Source: Planctomycetota bacterium
GTDB taxonomy: Bacteria > Planctomycetota > Phycisphaerae > Phycisphaerales > UBA1924
NCBI GenBank assembly: GCA_017303555.1
Contig: JAFLCN010000020.1
Location: 5,021-69,020, forward strand
DNA length: 64,000 nt
Reading direction: 5' to 3'
The position numbers and the translations under genes are program-made. Positions 27,238 to 36,945 of this stretch are shown in pieces. Numbering within the stretch: the stretch's first letter is position 1; each line of letters begins with the position of its first letter. The notes under the pieces were generated by a model, which ran no database searches, was not told the origin of the DNA, and saw only the letters and a list, made by a program, of their open reading frames with translations.

Positions 27238-29904
27238 TCAGAACGGCACATCGACGCTGAACGTGAACAGGCGCCCGCTGTCCTGAGGCTGTTTCTTGAT
27301 CGGGAAACCGAAATCGAACGCCAGTGGAGCGCCCGACAACTGCGGAATGTTCACCCGCAGGCCGGTACCGACCGAGATGCGGTACTGGTCGAAGCCGGGC
27401 TCGAAGAGCACGGTGCCGGAGTCGACGAAGAAGACCATCGCGAGGATGTCGTCGTACAGCGGGACCTTGATCTCGGGGTTGAAGCTGAACATCCAGGTGC
27501 CGCCGATCGGCTCGGGGCTGGGAACGTCCGGCGGGAAGTACTGATTGGTGCGGGGCGAGACAGTGCGGAACTGGAAGCCGCGCAGGTCGGCACCGCCGAG
27601 GTAGAAACGGTCGTAGACCGGCACGGAGCTGCGGCCCTGCGGAATGTACCCCATCCGCGTGTGGAACGAAAGGGTTGTGGTCCGCCCGAGGTAATCCTCG
27701 CTCAGCGGGATGAAAATCTGGTGCTCGACGCGGAGCGGGGTGTAGTTGTACGTGCCGTAGACCTGTTCCGCCGCGATCTCCACTTTCGTGCCCTTCGTCG
27801 GCTGGACCGGATCATCGAAAGTCGAGCGGCTCAGGATCAGTCCGGCGCGATAGATGTTGGCGGAGCCCTGGGAGTCGTAGATATCGACGGCCGAAGTGAC
27901 GGGGATGTCGTAGATAACGGCTTTTTCGAAGCTGATCGGGAGGCTGGCGACCCACCGCGTGCCGAAGCGCCGGCTGAGGGCGAATCGCGGGCCGACGCGT
28001 TGCTCGCTGTACTGGTCGTACACGCGCTGGTTGTACGCGAATGCCGCGGACCCGGAGAAATTGGTCTCGAACAGGTACGGCTCGGCGAGCGAGATTCCGT
28101 AGCTCTGCACCTTGTCGCCCGGGAGGGCGGTGATGTTGAAGGTCTGGCCGCCTCCTCGGAAGGCGCGTCCACTGAAGAGTTCGCCCGCGGTGTCGGGCGG
28201 ATCGCCGATGTCGAAGTTCCGCTGGGTGATGGAGATACGACCCAGGACGCCGCCGTCGCTGCTTACCGCGGCGCCGATGTTGAATTCGCCGGTGTTGGTC
28301 TCGGCCACCTCGACCAGCACGTCGCGATGCTCCGGATCGGCCTCTTCCGCCTTTTGGGCGGTCAGGCGCACGCGCTGGTTGTCGAAGGTGTTGGTCTGCT
28401 TGATCCGGCGCGTGCTGTTCTCGAGCGCGACCGTATCGAGCGGGCGGTCGGGCTGGAGCTCGATCTGGCGGCGGACCACCTTCTGCTGCGTGATGTCGTT
28501 GCCCTGAATAATGATCTCGCCCGTCTTGTACTCTTTTCCCTGGGTGATGAAGATGACGATGTCCACCTGGGGCTGCTGCGTGTCGCGTCTTTCGCGTCGG
28601 CTGACCTGGGCATCGACGTAGCCCATCATTCCGAGGGCGTTGGCGATCGCCTTGATCGACTTGTCCAGCTTGTCCACGCTGTAGACGTCGCCGGGCTTGA
28701 TGATCATGAGGCCCTTGGCCTGATCGGACGAGATCTGGCCATCGTGCGAGACGAAGATGTTGCGCTCGGGGCTGTTCGGGCGTGCCTCGGGGCCGAGGAC
28801 GAGCATCTTCTCGCCGGGCTTGAGGTCGGCCTGAGCTTCCGCGATGGTCGGGAAGCTGCGTGCGTATTCCATGTAGAAGGTGTCGACGCTGCGGAGGGTG
28901 TAGACCGGGCCCTCGTCGATCAGGAACGTGACGATCGCTTCCTTGCCCGTCGGAGCGGGGCGGACATTGCGATCGACGCGCACGTCGAGGAAGCCCCTGT
29001 CTTTATAGAAGCGGATGATGCTGCCGACGTCGTCGTCCAGCACCTCGTCGTCGAGCGGGCCCCGGTTGAAGAGCCAGGCCGTCTTGGTCTTGATGTTGGG
29101 CTGGATCTCCGAGGCGCCGAAGCTGCGGTTGCCTTCAAAGCGGATATCGACGACCTTGAGGCGCTCGCCTTCGCGGATGTTGAAGATGACGATGCCGCTC
29201 TTTTCGAGCTGCTCCTCATCGACGGAGACGCGCGCGAGGTAGAAGCCTTTCTTGCGGTACATCGCCTCGATGCGCCGGCTGGCGCGTTCGAGCTGGAGCG
29301 GATCGACGGGCGTGCCCCGCAGGATGTCCACTTCCTTTGCGATCTGCTGATCGCTGAACTTGCGGTTGCCGACGCTCTGGACATCCTGCACGATGGGCTG
29401 GAGCTGGAGGATGTAAATGAGCGCGACGCTGCCGTCGTCGTAGGGCTGGGCGCGGGTTTCGACCTGCTTGAAGCGCCCCAGTCGGTTCAGGCGGGTGATG
29501 TCGGCGGAGACGACGCTCTGGTCGTACGCGGCGCCCTCGCGCAGGCGGAGCTGATTGCGCACAATCTTTGCGGTGTCGTCATCGACCGGCTCGTAGGTGG
29601 TCGCTTCACCGTCGGCCTTGGGGCGCACGGGCTTGACGAGCCGAATCTCGCGCACCGGCCTGCCCTCGAAGACCTCGAGTTGCTTGTCCGGCGTTCCGGG
29701 CTTTGGCTCCTCGCGCTGCATCGGTCCGTCGACCGGCGGAGAACCAACCGGACGCTCGGGGCGCGGCGCGGGCTGCGCTTGCGAAAGCGCGCCGCTGGTC
29801 AGGGCGCAGGACAACAGCAGCGGCAGGGCCGCGTGCCATCGGTTCGGTTGGCCGGAACGCGCTCTCACGTGGTGGGGACGATACACCCTCTTGGCTCTCT
29901 TCAC
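27238..29904 (-). CDS. bamA: Outer membrane protein assembly factor BamA
   Basis: 888 aa with a GTG start and a signal peptide. POTRA-like repeats (IRFEGNRSF, IIIQGNDITQQKVVRRQI) and a C-terminal beta-barrel ending in F. Confidence 0.9.
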   Translation of the reverse strand: MKRAKRVYRPHHVRARSGQPNRWHAALPLLLSCALTSGALSQAQPAPRPERPVGSPPVDGPMQREEPKPGTPDKQLEVFEGRPVREIRLVKPVRPKADGEATTYEPVDDDTAKIVRNQLRLREGAAYDQSVVSADITRLNRLGRFKQVETRAQPYDDGSVALIYILQLQPIVQDVQSVGNRKFSDQQIAKEVDILRGTPVDPLQLERASRRIEAMYRKKGFYLARVSVDEEQLEKSGIVIFNIREGERLKVVDIRFEGNRSFGASEIQPNIKTKTAWLFNRGPLDDEVLDDDVGSIIRFYKDRGFLDVRVDRNVRPAPTGKEAIVTFLIDEGPVYTLRSVDTFYMEYARSFPTIAEAQADLKPGEKMLVLGPEARPNSPERNIFVSHDGQISSDQAKGLMIIKPGDVYSVDKLDKSIKAIANALGMMGYVDAQVSRRERRDTQQPQVDIVIFITQGKEYKTGEIIIQGNDITQQKVVRRQIELQPDRPLDTVALENSTRRIKQTNTFDNQRVRLTAQKAEEADPEHRDVLVEVAETNTGEFNIGAAVSSDGGVLGRISITQRNFDIGDPPDTAGELFSGRAFRGGGQTFNITALPGDKVQSYGISLAEPYLFETNFSGSAAFAYNQRVYDQYSEQRVGPRFALSRRFGTRWVASLPISFEKAVIYDIPVTSAVDIYDSQGSANIYRAGLILSRSTFDDPVQPTKGTKVEIAAEQVYGTYNYTPLRVEHQIFIPLSEDYLGRTTTLSFHTRMGYIPQGRSSVPVYDRFYLGGADLRGFQFRTVSPRTNQYFPPDVPSPEPIGGTWMFSFNPEIKVPLYDDILAMVFFVDSGTVLFEPGFDQYRISVGTGLRVNIPQLSGAPLAFDFGFPIKKQPQDSGRLFTFSVDVPF

Positions 29905-30057
29905 AAATCCATCCGCGCCGAACGCTTGCGATCAATTCCAAAACTTTCTGAAGTTGAACCGCTCCGCCGGGCGATCGCTAGAACTCGCGACTCCCGTGGT
30001 GTAGATTTGCCTCCCGAAGTCTCGGCACGCTCGATAGACCTGTGTGTGGGGATCCTG

Positions 30058-30465
30058 ATGCATCGTCTGGTTCGTTCAATTCGTTTCGCCGGCATCGTTG
30101 CCGCGGCATGCCTGACGCTGCTTTCGGGCCTGGCGCTCGTCTGGTTCTTCGTTCAGCCCGAGACGCTGCCTCTGCTCTCGACCTGGCAACTCGCGGCGAT
30201 CCTCGGCGCGTTTGTTCTCCCCGGCCTTTGCCTCGGGGCCTGGCAGGCCGATCGGCAAGCTTCGGCGCACGTCCCTCGGGCCCGGCGGGTTTCGCCGTCC
30301 GAGGCTGTTGTTGGTCAAGCCGTTCAGCCCGCCGCAGCGCGTGCGCCGGTTCAGCCCGTCGGCAAAGTGCCCGAGCCCCAGCCGGTCGGGCGTCGGTCGC
30401 CGAAGGGGCGTGTGATCCGCGCGGAGCGTTCGGTGCATCGGCACCGCCGGTCCGCCCGGGTCTGA
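30058..30465 (+). CDS. Tentative small membrane protein (hypothetical)
   Basis: ATG at 30058. Two predicted TM helices (FAGIVAAACLTLLSGLALVWFF, LAAILGAFVLPGLCLGAW) and fairly high GC3. It is the only part of the 27190..30465 shadow ORF that does not overlap bamA. Confidence 0.3.
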   Translation: MHRLVRSIRFAGIVAAACLTLLSGLALVWFFVQPETLPLLSTWQLAAILGAFVLPGLCLGAWQADRQASAHVPRARRVSPSEAVVGQAVQPAAARAPVQPVGKVPEPQPVGRRSPKGRVIRAERSVHRHRRSARV

Positions 30466-30496
30466 AGCCCCGGAATGCGGGGATCCTTCTCGAGAA

Positions 30497-31681
30497 TCAC
30501 TGAAGGTTGACGGGCATGACGACGTAGACGAAGTCGCCGCCGCTCTTCACGACGCCGGGCTTGTTCGGGGCCTTCAGCTCCATAATTACCTGCGGATCGC
30601 TGATGACCTTGAGGGCGTCGGTGATGAACGTCGGATTGAAACCGATCTCGATGTCGTCGCCCTCGTAGCCCGCGAGGCTGATATCGACCTTCGCTTCGCC
30701 CATTTCGGGGGCGCGGCTGGAAAGCTCCAGGTGCTTTTTCTTCGCCTGGAAGTTCATCCGCACGCCGCGGGACTCTTCGTTGGTCAAAAGGGCGGCGCGG
30801 CGGACAGCGCTCGAGAGCACGTCGCGGTCGAATGTGACCTTCTTGTCCTGGTCCTTGGGAATGACGTCCTCGTACGGGGGGAACGCGCCCTCGACGAGCG
30901 TGGAGCTGAGCACCGAATGCGGGGCCTCGTTCTTGGCCCCGCCCCCGACCGCGAAGAAGACCTGGTTGTCGGTGATCGCGATCTGCACGTTCTCGTCGCC
31001 GTTGCCCAGCAGACGCTGGAGCATGGTGAGCGCCTTGGTGGGCACGATGCAGGAAATGGTCTTGGCGTCCTTGTCGCCCCCTCCGGCGAGAGTGGAGCGG
31101 CAGAGCGCGAGGCGCCGCCCGTCGGTGGCGACCATCTCGAGCTTCTTGCCGTCGCGTTTCATCAGCACGCCGTTGATGGCGTAGCGGCTGTTTTCGCGGG
31201 CGGTGGCGAAAAGGGTGCGGGCGACAGTTCCGGAAAGGAGTGCCGCGTTCTGCGTGAAGACCGCCTTGGCCTTGACGCCGTCGGTGCCGGCGATCACGCT
31301 GGTGATCTCGGGGACCGGGGGATAGTCGTTGACCTGATAGCCGAAGACCTTGAAGTGCGCATCCTGTCCCTTGATGTGGATGACTTCGGCCTCGGTCTCC
31401 AGCGTCAGCGTCGGCTCGGAGTCTTCGGCCGAGATGATCTGGCGGAGCTTGTCGGCGGGGATGAGCGCCTCACCGGGCTGCTGCACATCGACCTGGGCGA
31501 GCCGCAGGCGGAGCGAGATCTCGGCATCGGTCGCGACAAGCGTCACTTCGCCCGCGCTGCCCGTCTTGGTGGCGGTCAGTTTCACGCAGGTGAGCTGGAC
31601 CTTGGGGGTGCGAGCGGCGACCGCGCCGGAGATGAGGTTGATGGCGTCGAGAAGCGCGCCGCGATCACAAATGACTTTCAT
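30497..31681 (-). CDS. dnaN: DNA polymerase III beta sliding clamp
   Basis: ATG at 31681 gives MKVICDRGALLDAINLISGAVAARTPKVQLTCVKL. 394 aa with a three-domain clamp pattern and a C-terminal FVYVVMPV-type ending. Confidence 0.9.
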   Translation of the reverse strand: MKVICDRGALLDAINLISGAVAARTPKVQLTCVKLTATKTGSAGEVTLVATDAEISLRLRLAQVDVQQPGEALIPADKLRQIISAEDSEPTLTLETEAEVIHIKGQDAHFKVFGYQVNDYPPVPEITSVIAGTDGVKAKAVFTQNAALLSGTVARTLFATARENSRYAINGVLMKRDGKKLEMVATDGRRLALCRSTLAGGGDKDAKTISCIVPTKALTMLQRLLGNGDENVQIAITDNQVFFAVGGGAKNEAPHSVLSSTLVEGAFPPYEDVIPKDQDKKVTFDRDVLSSAVRRAALLTNEESRGVRMNFQAKKKHLELSSRAPEMGEAKVDISLAGYEGDDIEIGFNPTFITDALKVISDPQVIMELKAPNKPGVVKSGGDFVYVVMPVNLQ

Positions 31682-31859
31682 GCATCCTCCGTGTAGTCTT
31701 GCGGCATCCCGCGGCAGGGCCTGCCGGTGCCGGGAGCAAGTGTACCAACAGCTCCGATCAAAAAAGCCACCGCCCACAAGATGTTGGGGCAGGTCCGGGA
31801 ATCAAAATCGACCCTTCTGACTTCCGCAGCGGCCACGCCGACCGCTGCCTCGCCGCCGC

Positions 31860-34064
31860 TCACGGGCAGAGCAGGTTGTTGTAGCCCTGAACGAAAATGC
31901 CAAAGTCGGCATCGTCGGTGAAGCCGTCGCCGTTGAGATCCGCCCGCGGATCGACCAGGTCGTTGTAAGGACCGACGAAGAGCGAGAAGTCCGCATCGTC
32001 GACCTGGCCGTCGCCGTTGAAGTCGCCGGGGCAGGGTGACGAGACCGACGCCCATTCGAGAGCGTTGGCCATGATCCAGGCGCCGTCGGTTCGGGAGTTC
32101 CAGCCGCCGGAAATCGGCCAGAAGTTGAGATCCACCCGGCGGCGGGTGCTGTGAACCGAGGCGAGGGCGTTGCCGTCGGACCAGTTGAAAATCGCCCGTC
32201 CGCGCAGCAGGGGCGTCGGGCTGTTTCGGTAGCTCGCCCCGCCCCCGTCAAACTTGCGGACAAACTTCGCGACCGGGTGATCGGGCTCCAAGATCGCGCC
32301 CAGCGTTGCCTGCGGGGTGATCTCGGGCGGCAGTGGGGGCGGCACGACGTCGTACCCGCCGGTGTTCCAGCGACCTTCCGGAGCGGTTTGAGCGATGTCG
32401 GTCCGAACGGCGGAGACGACTCCGCCCCCAGCGTCCACGTAATCGACGAACACCTCGCCCAAGGCGAGGGAGTCGAAGAAGGCTCCGTTCTGCCAGGTAA
32501 TTATGGAACCGAAGGGGCTGAGCTCGGCGAGAGACGGGGTGGAGCCGCCCACGTCGATGTTCGCGACGCCGCTGAAACGGCCGGTTGCGGTGAGCTTGTT
32601 CACGACATCGTTCACGTTTCCGGCGTCGGCCGCCACGCAGGCGACGTACGGCTTGATCGTGTAGAGAAGCGAGTTGATCATCAGCTTCGCGCCGTCGGTC
32701 GAAGGGAGCCAGAGGCCCGAGGAGGCGTTGTTGGAGGGCAGGTAGAAACCGAGATCGACCCTGTTCTTCCACTTGGTCGAGACCGCGGCGAGCGTTTTAC
32801 TGTCGGACCACTTCGCGACGATCAGGCCGCCGGGATTGACCGTGGTCTTGGTCGGGCGGGCGCTGACCGATCCGCCGTTGAAAGTCGCGACCCCGTTCAT
32901 GATGGGGTGTCCGGAATACACCACGGTACCGAGCGTGGCCGTGCCGAACGTGGAATCGACGTCCTCGGGGATGATCTCGTAGCCGTCGCTGATCCAGCGG
33001 CCGCCGGGCCGGCGGACCGGATCAAAGAACGGGCGGCGGTTGCCGAAGACCACGCCGCCGCCGGCATCGACATAGTCGGCGAGCACGTTGCCGATGGCGA
33101 AGGGATTGGCGAAGGAGCTTGCGCACCACACCAGGACCGCGTCGTACTTCCGGAGCTGTTCCAGCGTCGGGGTCGAAAATTCGGAGTTGAAGGTGTCGAC
33201 GCGGCTGAAAACGCCCGTCGCACTGATCTTCGTCTGCACGTCCTGAACCGAGACGGGCAGATCGCTGGCGATCACCAGAATCCGCGGCCGGCTGACAAAC
33301 GCGAGCGCGTTTGCCATCAGCTTCAAGCCGTCCGTGCTCGACACGTATCCACCGTTGAAATCGCCATCGCTCGAGCGGACGTAGAAGCCCAGGTCCACGC
33401 GATTGGGCTTCGGACCGACCGCGACCAGCGGCTTATCGTCCGACCAGGACGCGATCAGGGTCGCGCCCGGAGAAACCGAGGTCGTTCCGGGCCGCCAGCT
33501 TCGCTGAAAACCATCGAGCGTTTCGACACCGATCATGATGGGATGGGTCGGCGCCGCCACGGTGCCCAGGGTCGCGTTGGAGCCGAAGACCATGTTGGAG
33601 GTCGGGATGCACTGGTAAGCAGAGGTCCACCCGCCGGCGAGCATCAGGCCGTCTTGGCCCGCGCTGATGCGTGCAAACGAGAACACCGACAGCACCACGC
33701 CGCCACCCGCGTCCACATATGCCGCGAGATTCGTGCCCATGGCCGCACGGTCAGTCCAGCTCGTGACCGGACAGACCAGCACGGCGTCGTACTCGTTCAA
33801 TTGGGAGAGGGTGGGCACGCTTTCGAACGCGTCGAGCTCGCTGACCGATTCAAAGAGTTGACTCGATGTCAGTTTGCCGATCACGTCCGGCACGAACGTG
33901 GTGAAGACGCGGTTGTCGTTGTTGTGCAGCAACGCGACCCGGGGCTTGCGCCTCTGGGCAGCCTCTGCGTTGGGGGCGAGGAACGCTCCGCAGAGCAGGC
34001 AGAGCAGCGCGCACTGCAACGCTCCGGAACACGCTTTGGACAACCGACGTACCATGGATGTCAT
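31860..34064 (-). CDS. Secreted protein with three ~215-aa ThuA/GATase1-like modules and a C-terminal double dockerin-like module
   Basis: Signal peptide. Each module repeats (L/E)YDAVLV...(A/D)YVDAGGGVV...HPIM(I/N)GV...RVDLGFY. The C-terminus reads CPGDFNGDGQVDDADFSLF...ADLNGDGFTDDADFGIFVQGYNNLLCP. Confidence 0.7.
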   Translation of the reverse strand: MTSMVRRLSKACSGALQCALLCLLCGAFLAPNAEAAQRRKPRVALLHNNDNRVFTTFVPDVIGKLTSSQLFESVSELDAFESVPTLSQLNEYDAVLVCPVTSWTDRAAMGTNLAAYVDAGGGVVLSVFSFARISAGQDGLMLAGGWTSAYQCIPTSNMVFGSNATLGTVAAPTHPIMIGVETLDGFQRSWRPGTTSVSPGATLIASWSDDKPLVAVGPKPNRVDLGFYVRSSDGDFNGGYVSSTDGLKLMANALAFVSRPRILVIASDLPVSVQDVQTKISATGVFSRVDTFNSEFSTPTLEQLRKYDAVLVWCASSFANPFAIGNVLADYVDAGGGVVFGNRRPFFDPVRRPGGRWISDGYEIIPEDVDSTFGTATLGTVVYSGHPIMNGVATFNGGSVSARPTKTTVNPGGLIVAKWSDSKTLAAVSTKWKNRVDLGFYLPSNNASSGLWLPSTDGAKLMINSLLYTIKPYVACVAADAGNVNDVVNKLTATGRFSGVANIDVGGSTPSLAELSPFGSIITWQNGAFFDSLALGEVFVDYVDAGGGVVSAVRTDIAQTAPEGRWNTGGYDVVPPPLPPEITPQATLGAILEPDHPVAKFVRKFDGGGASYRNSPTPLLRGRAIFNWSDGNALASVHSTRRRVDLNFWPISGGWNSRTDGAWIMANALEWASVSSPCPGDFNGDGQVDDADFSLFVGPYNDLVDPRADLNGDGFTDDADFGIFVQGYNNLLCP

Positions 34065-34238
34065 TTGATCCCGCTCCCGAAAATCGACCTGACCCGGAAC
34101 CGCGCCTGAGCCGCAGAACGCTGCCCAGAAAAGGCGAACCCTCAGTTATAACCGACAGCCGCGCCTTCCCAAGACGAAATTCGCCTATCACCCACCAAAA
34201 ATGAGGTCACCTCTTTCCGGTCTGCGTGTGCCGAAGTG

Positions 34239-34443
34239 TTTGTCAATGCGAGCTTTGGAGCCTTTGGATTGACAATGAGATCACACGATTGAGGGTTCCG
34301 ACGCCCTTGCCGGTGCATCCCGGCGCACACCGGAGCAACGATGGATTGCCGGGACGGGCTGATGATTTCTGCCTCCCGGGCGGGGCAATGTCGGGGTGAA
34401 AACGGGCGATTTCCGCTCCTCCCGGCTCGGAAAGGTTGTCAAT
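34239..34443. promoter_or_regulatory. Three copies of the near-palindromic 9-mer (A/T/G)TTG(A/T)CAAT in a divergent intergenic region
   Basis: TTTGTCAAT at 34239-34247, ATTGACAAT at 34268-34276, GTTGTCAAT at 34435-34443. The third copy could double as a -35 (TTGTCA-17 nt-GATACT) for tkt. Confidence 0.4.
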
Positions 34444-34651
34444 AGCTGTTTGTTTGCAGATACTCACCAGACCCGGTCCGGCCGGGAGGCTGGCCATTGG
34501 GCCGGCGATAGAGCCGCGTGGGAGCGCCGGTCGTTCCCGAGCGCGGTTCGAACGATGTCGTCCGACTCGACGTAGGTGCCCACTCACCGCCGACGCGCGT
34601 CGGCGGCGTGTGGTCGGTGTTTTCCCGTTTGCACCCGCGGAGGTTCACCCG

Positions 34652-36607
34652 ATGTCATTCGAAGCAGCCGTCCATGCCCAGGCCATTGAACTCGATCGAC
34701 TTGCGCTCGAGATGACCGCCGCCGCCGGCAGCGGGCACCCGAGTTCGTCCATGGGTATCGGCCACCTCGTCACGGTGCTGATGTTCCACACGATGCGTTG
34801 GAGCCCCGATTACCCTGATTACCCGACCAGCGATCGCCTCGTGCTCTCCGAGGGCCACGCTGTCCCCGCCGTGTACGCGGCGTGCGCGAAGCTGGGCGTG
34901 ATGTTCGGCAAGGACCCCAACAACCGCAAGCGTCTGACGGTGGATGACCTCAAGACCCTGCGTGCCGCGGATAGCTGTCTGGACGGCCACCCGAACCCGA
35001 TGGAAGGCTTCCCCTTCTTTGATTCGGCGACGGGCTCGCTGGGCCAGGGCCTGAGCGTCGCGGCGGGCCTGGCCGAGGCCGCCCGTCTCGACGCGATCGA
35101 CAAGCACATCTACTGCATCATCGGCGACGGCGAATCGCGCGAAGGGCAGATTGATGAAGCGCTCGACTACATCATCGATCACAAGCTCAACCGCGTGCTG
35201 CCGATCTTCAACTGCAACGAGTTTGGCCAGTCGGATCGCGTGAGCGGTCAGCAGAGCGCCGAAACCACGGCCGCGAAGCTGGAAGCGTTTGGCTTCGATG
35301 TGAAGGTGATCGACGGGCACAACCCGACGCAGATCAAGAACGCGTTCGATGCGTTCGAGAAGGCCGCCAAGCCGATGGCGGTGGTCGCGAAGACGGTGAA
35401 GGGCTGGGGCGCCGAGTCGATGCAGGGCGCGGGCTGGCACGGCAAGGTGGCGACGGGCGACGCCCTCAAGAAGGCGCTCGCCGAGCTCGATCAGAAGCGG
35501 ATGGAACTGACCAGCAGCCTGGCGCAGAGCGATTCGTTCACGATCGAGCCGCCCCCGGAGATCAGCACGCCCGACCTCGCGACCGGCGACATGCCGACGC
35601 TGAAGGAAGCGATGAAGGCCTTCGACATGGAGAGCCTGTACCAGTCGGGCGTGATCGCAACGCGTCGCGCGTTCGGGATCGGTCTGCGGGCGCTCGGGCG
35701 TGTGAACAAGAAGGTGGTCGTTCTCGACGCGGACGTGCAGAACTCGACGTTCACCGACATGTTCCGCAAGGACCCGGCTTCGAGCGATCGGTTCTTTGAG
35801 TGCAAAATCGCCGAGCAGAACATGGTGGGCGTCGGCACGGGGTTGTCCGCCGCGGGCAAGGTTCCGTTCATGGCGACCTTCAGCAAGTTCTTCACGCGTG
35901 CGTACGACCAGATCGAGATGGGGCTGTATTCCGGCGCGAACCTGAAGATCGTGGGAAGCCACAGCGGCATCACGCTGGCGTCGGACGGCCCGAGCCAGAT
36001 GTCTCTGCCCGACGTCTCGTGGTTCCGCGCGTTCGCGACGATGAAGGATCATCGGGGCAACCCCGGCTTCTACATCCTGCAGCCGAGCGACGCGTACGCC
36101 GCGTACGCGCTCGTGGGCGTGATGGCCGAGTACGAAGGCTGCTGCTACATGCGGACGCTTCGGGCCGAGACCGAGTTCCTGTACAGCGAGAAGGACGTCT
36201 TCAACCTCGGCGGCTTCCAGACGCTGGTCGAAGGCAAGGACCTTGTGATCGCCGCGACCGGCTACATGGTGCACGAGGCGAACAAGGCGATCGAGCTGCT
36301 CGATAAGGCCGGCATCAGCGCCACGCTGCTCGATATGTACAGCATCCCGTTCGATACCGACGGCGTGCTGGATCACATCAACAACGCCGGCGGCAACGTC
36401 ATCACGCTCGAAGACAACTACGGTGGCGGACTTGGTTCGGCGATCGCGGACGCCCTGACAGAGAGCGGCGATGCCTTCCGCCTCAAGCAGATGCACGTCA
36501 CCCGTATTCCCAAGAGCGCCAAGACGCCCGACGAGATGCTCAAGATGTGCGGATTGACCGCGCAGGACATTCTGAAGGAAACCAAGAAGCTGCTCGGCGT
36601 GGATTGA
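34652..36607 (+). CDS. tkt: Transketolase
   Basis: GGAGG SD plus ATG at 34652. ThDP motifs GSGHPSSSMG and GDGESREGQ; 651 aa. Confidence 0.9.
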   Translation: MSFEAAVHAQAIELDRLALEMTAAAGSGHPSSSMGIGHLVTVLMFHTMRWSPDYPDYPTSDRLVLSEGHAVPAVYAACAKLGVMFGKDPNNRKRLTVDDLKTLRAADSCLDGHPNPMEGFPFFDSATGSLGQGLSVAAGLAEAARLDAIDKHIYCIIGDGESREGQIDEALDYIIDHKLNRVLPIFNCNEFGQSDRVSGQQSAETTAAKLEAFGFDVKVIDGHNPTQIKNAFDAFEKAAKPMAVVAKTVKGWGAESMQGAGWHGKVATGDALKKALAELDQKRMELTSSLAQSDSFTIEPPPEISTPDLATGDMPTLKEAMKAFDMESLYQSGVIATRRAFGIGLRALGRVNKKVVVLDADVQNSTFTDMFRKDPASSDRFFECKIAEQNMVGVGTGLSAAGKVPFMATFSKFFTRAYDQIEMGLYSGANLKIVGSHSGITLASDGPSQMSLPDVSWFRAFATMKDHRGNPGFYILQPSDAYAAYALVGVMAEYEGCCYMRTLRAETEFLYSEKDVFNLGGFQTLVEGKDLVIAATGYMVHEANKAIELLDKAGISATLLDMYSIPFDTDGVLDHINNAGGNVITLEDNYGGGLGSAIADALTESGDAFRLKQMHVTRIPKSAKTPDEMLKMCGLTAQDILKETKKLLGVD

Positions 36608-36616
36608 GTCGTTGCC

Positions 36617-36670
36617 GTGAATCGCGACATGCGATTCACCACGAAGGACACGAAGAGAACAAATGGATCG
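36617..36670 (+). repeat. 9-bp hairpin (GTGAATCGC-gacat-GCGATTCAC) merging into a CACGAAG-type repeat copy
   Basis: ttcaccacgaaggacacgaagagaacaaatggatcg (36635-36670) resembles the 24230 and 24360 arms. Confidence 0.6.
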
Positions 36671-36677
36671 AAGCAGA

Positions 36678-36707
36678 GGGGAGACGCGGAAGGCGTTTCC
36701 CCTTTTT
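36678..36707 (+). terminator. Intrinsic terminator of tkt
   Basis: GGGGAGACGC-ggaag-GCGTTTCCCC (one G-U pair) followed by T5. Confidence 0.7.
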
Positions 36708-36763
36708 CATTGGGTGATATCTATCAACCAGGCCCGATCGGGCACCAACGCCGCGCGTTTTCC

Positions 36764-36876
36764 GGCCCCGCAGGGGCCAAGGGCTGTGGCCACGGGTGGA
36801 GTGAGCGAGTCGGCGAGCGAGCGCAACCCGTGGACATTCGAGCGCGAAATTCATCCCTGCCCCGAAGGGGCAGAGG
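36764..36876 (+). repeat. Left inverted arm (REP-like, three hairpins)
   Basis: ggccccgcaggggcc ... ccacgggtggagtgagcgagtcggcgagcgagcgcaacccgtgg ... ctgccccgaaggggcagagg. Confidence 0.8.
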
Positions 36877-36945
36877 AAAGGGGATTCCAAGCCCGTCTGC
36901 GCGTTCTGTATTCTCAACGATCTTCACAATTACAGGAGAACCGCG

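Noticed and set aside
27190-30465. 1091-aa plus-strand ORF
   Set aside because: It is antisense to bamA over most of its length and has junk composition. I kept only the last 135 codons (30058-30465), which lie outside bamA and encode two TM helices, as a low-confidence CDS.
34540-34556. GGTTCGAAC, which resembles a tRNA T-loop
   Set aside because: The flanking bases cannot form a T-stem (gcgcg versus cgatg), and no acceptor or anticodon arms could be drawn. It is not a tRNA.
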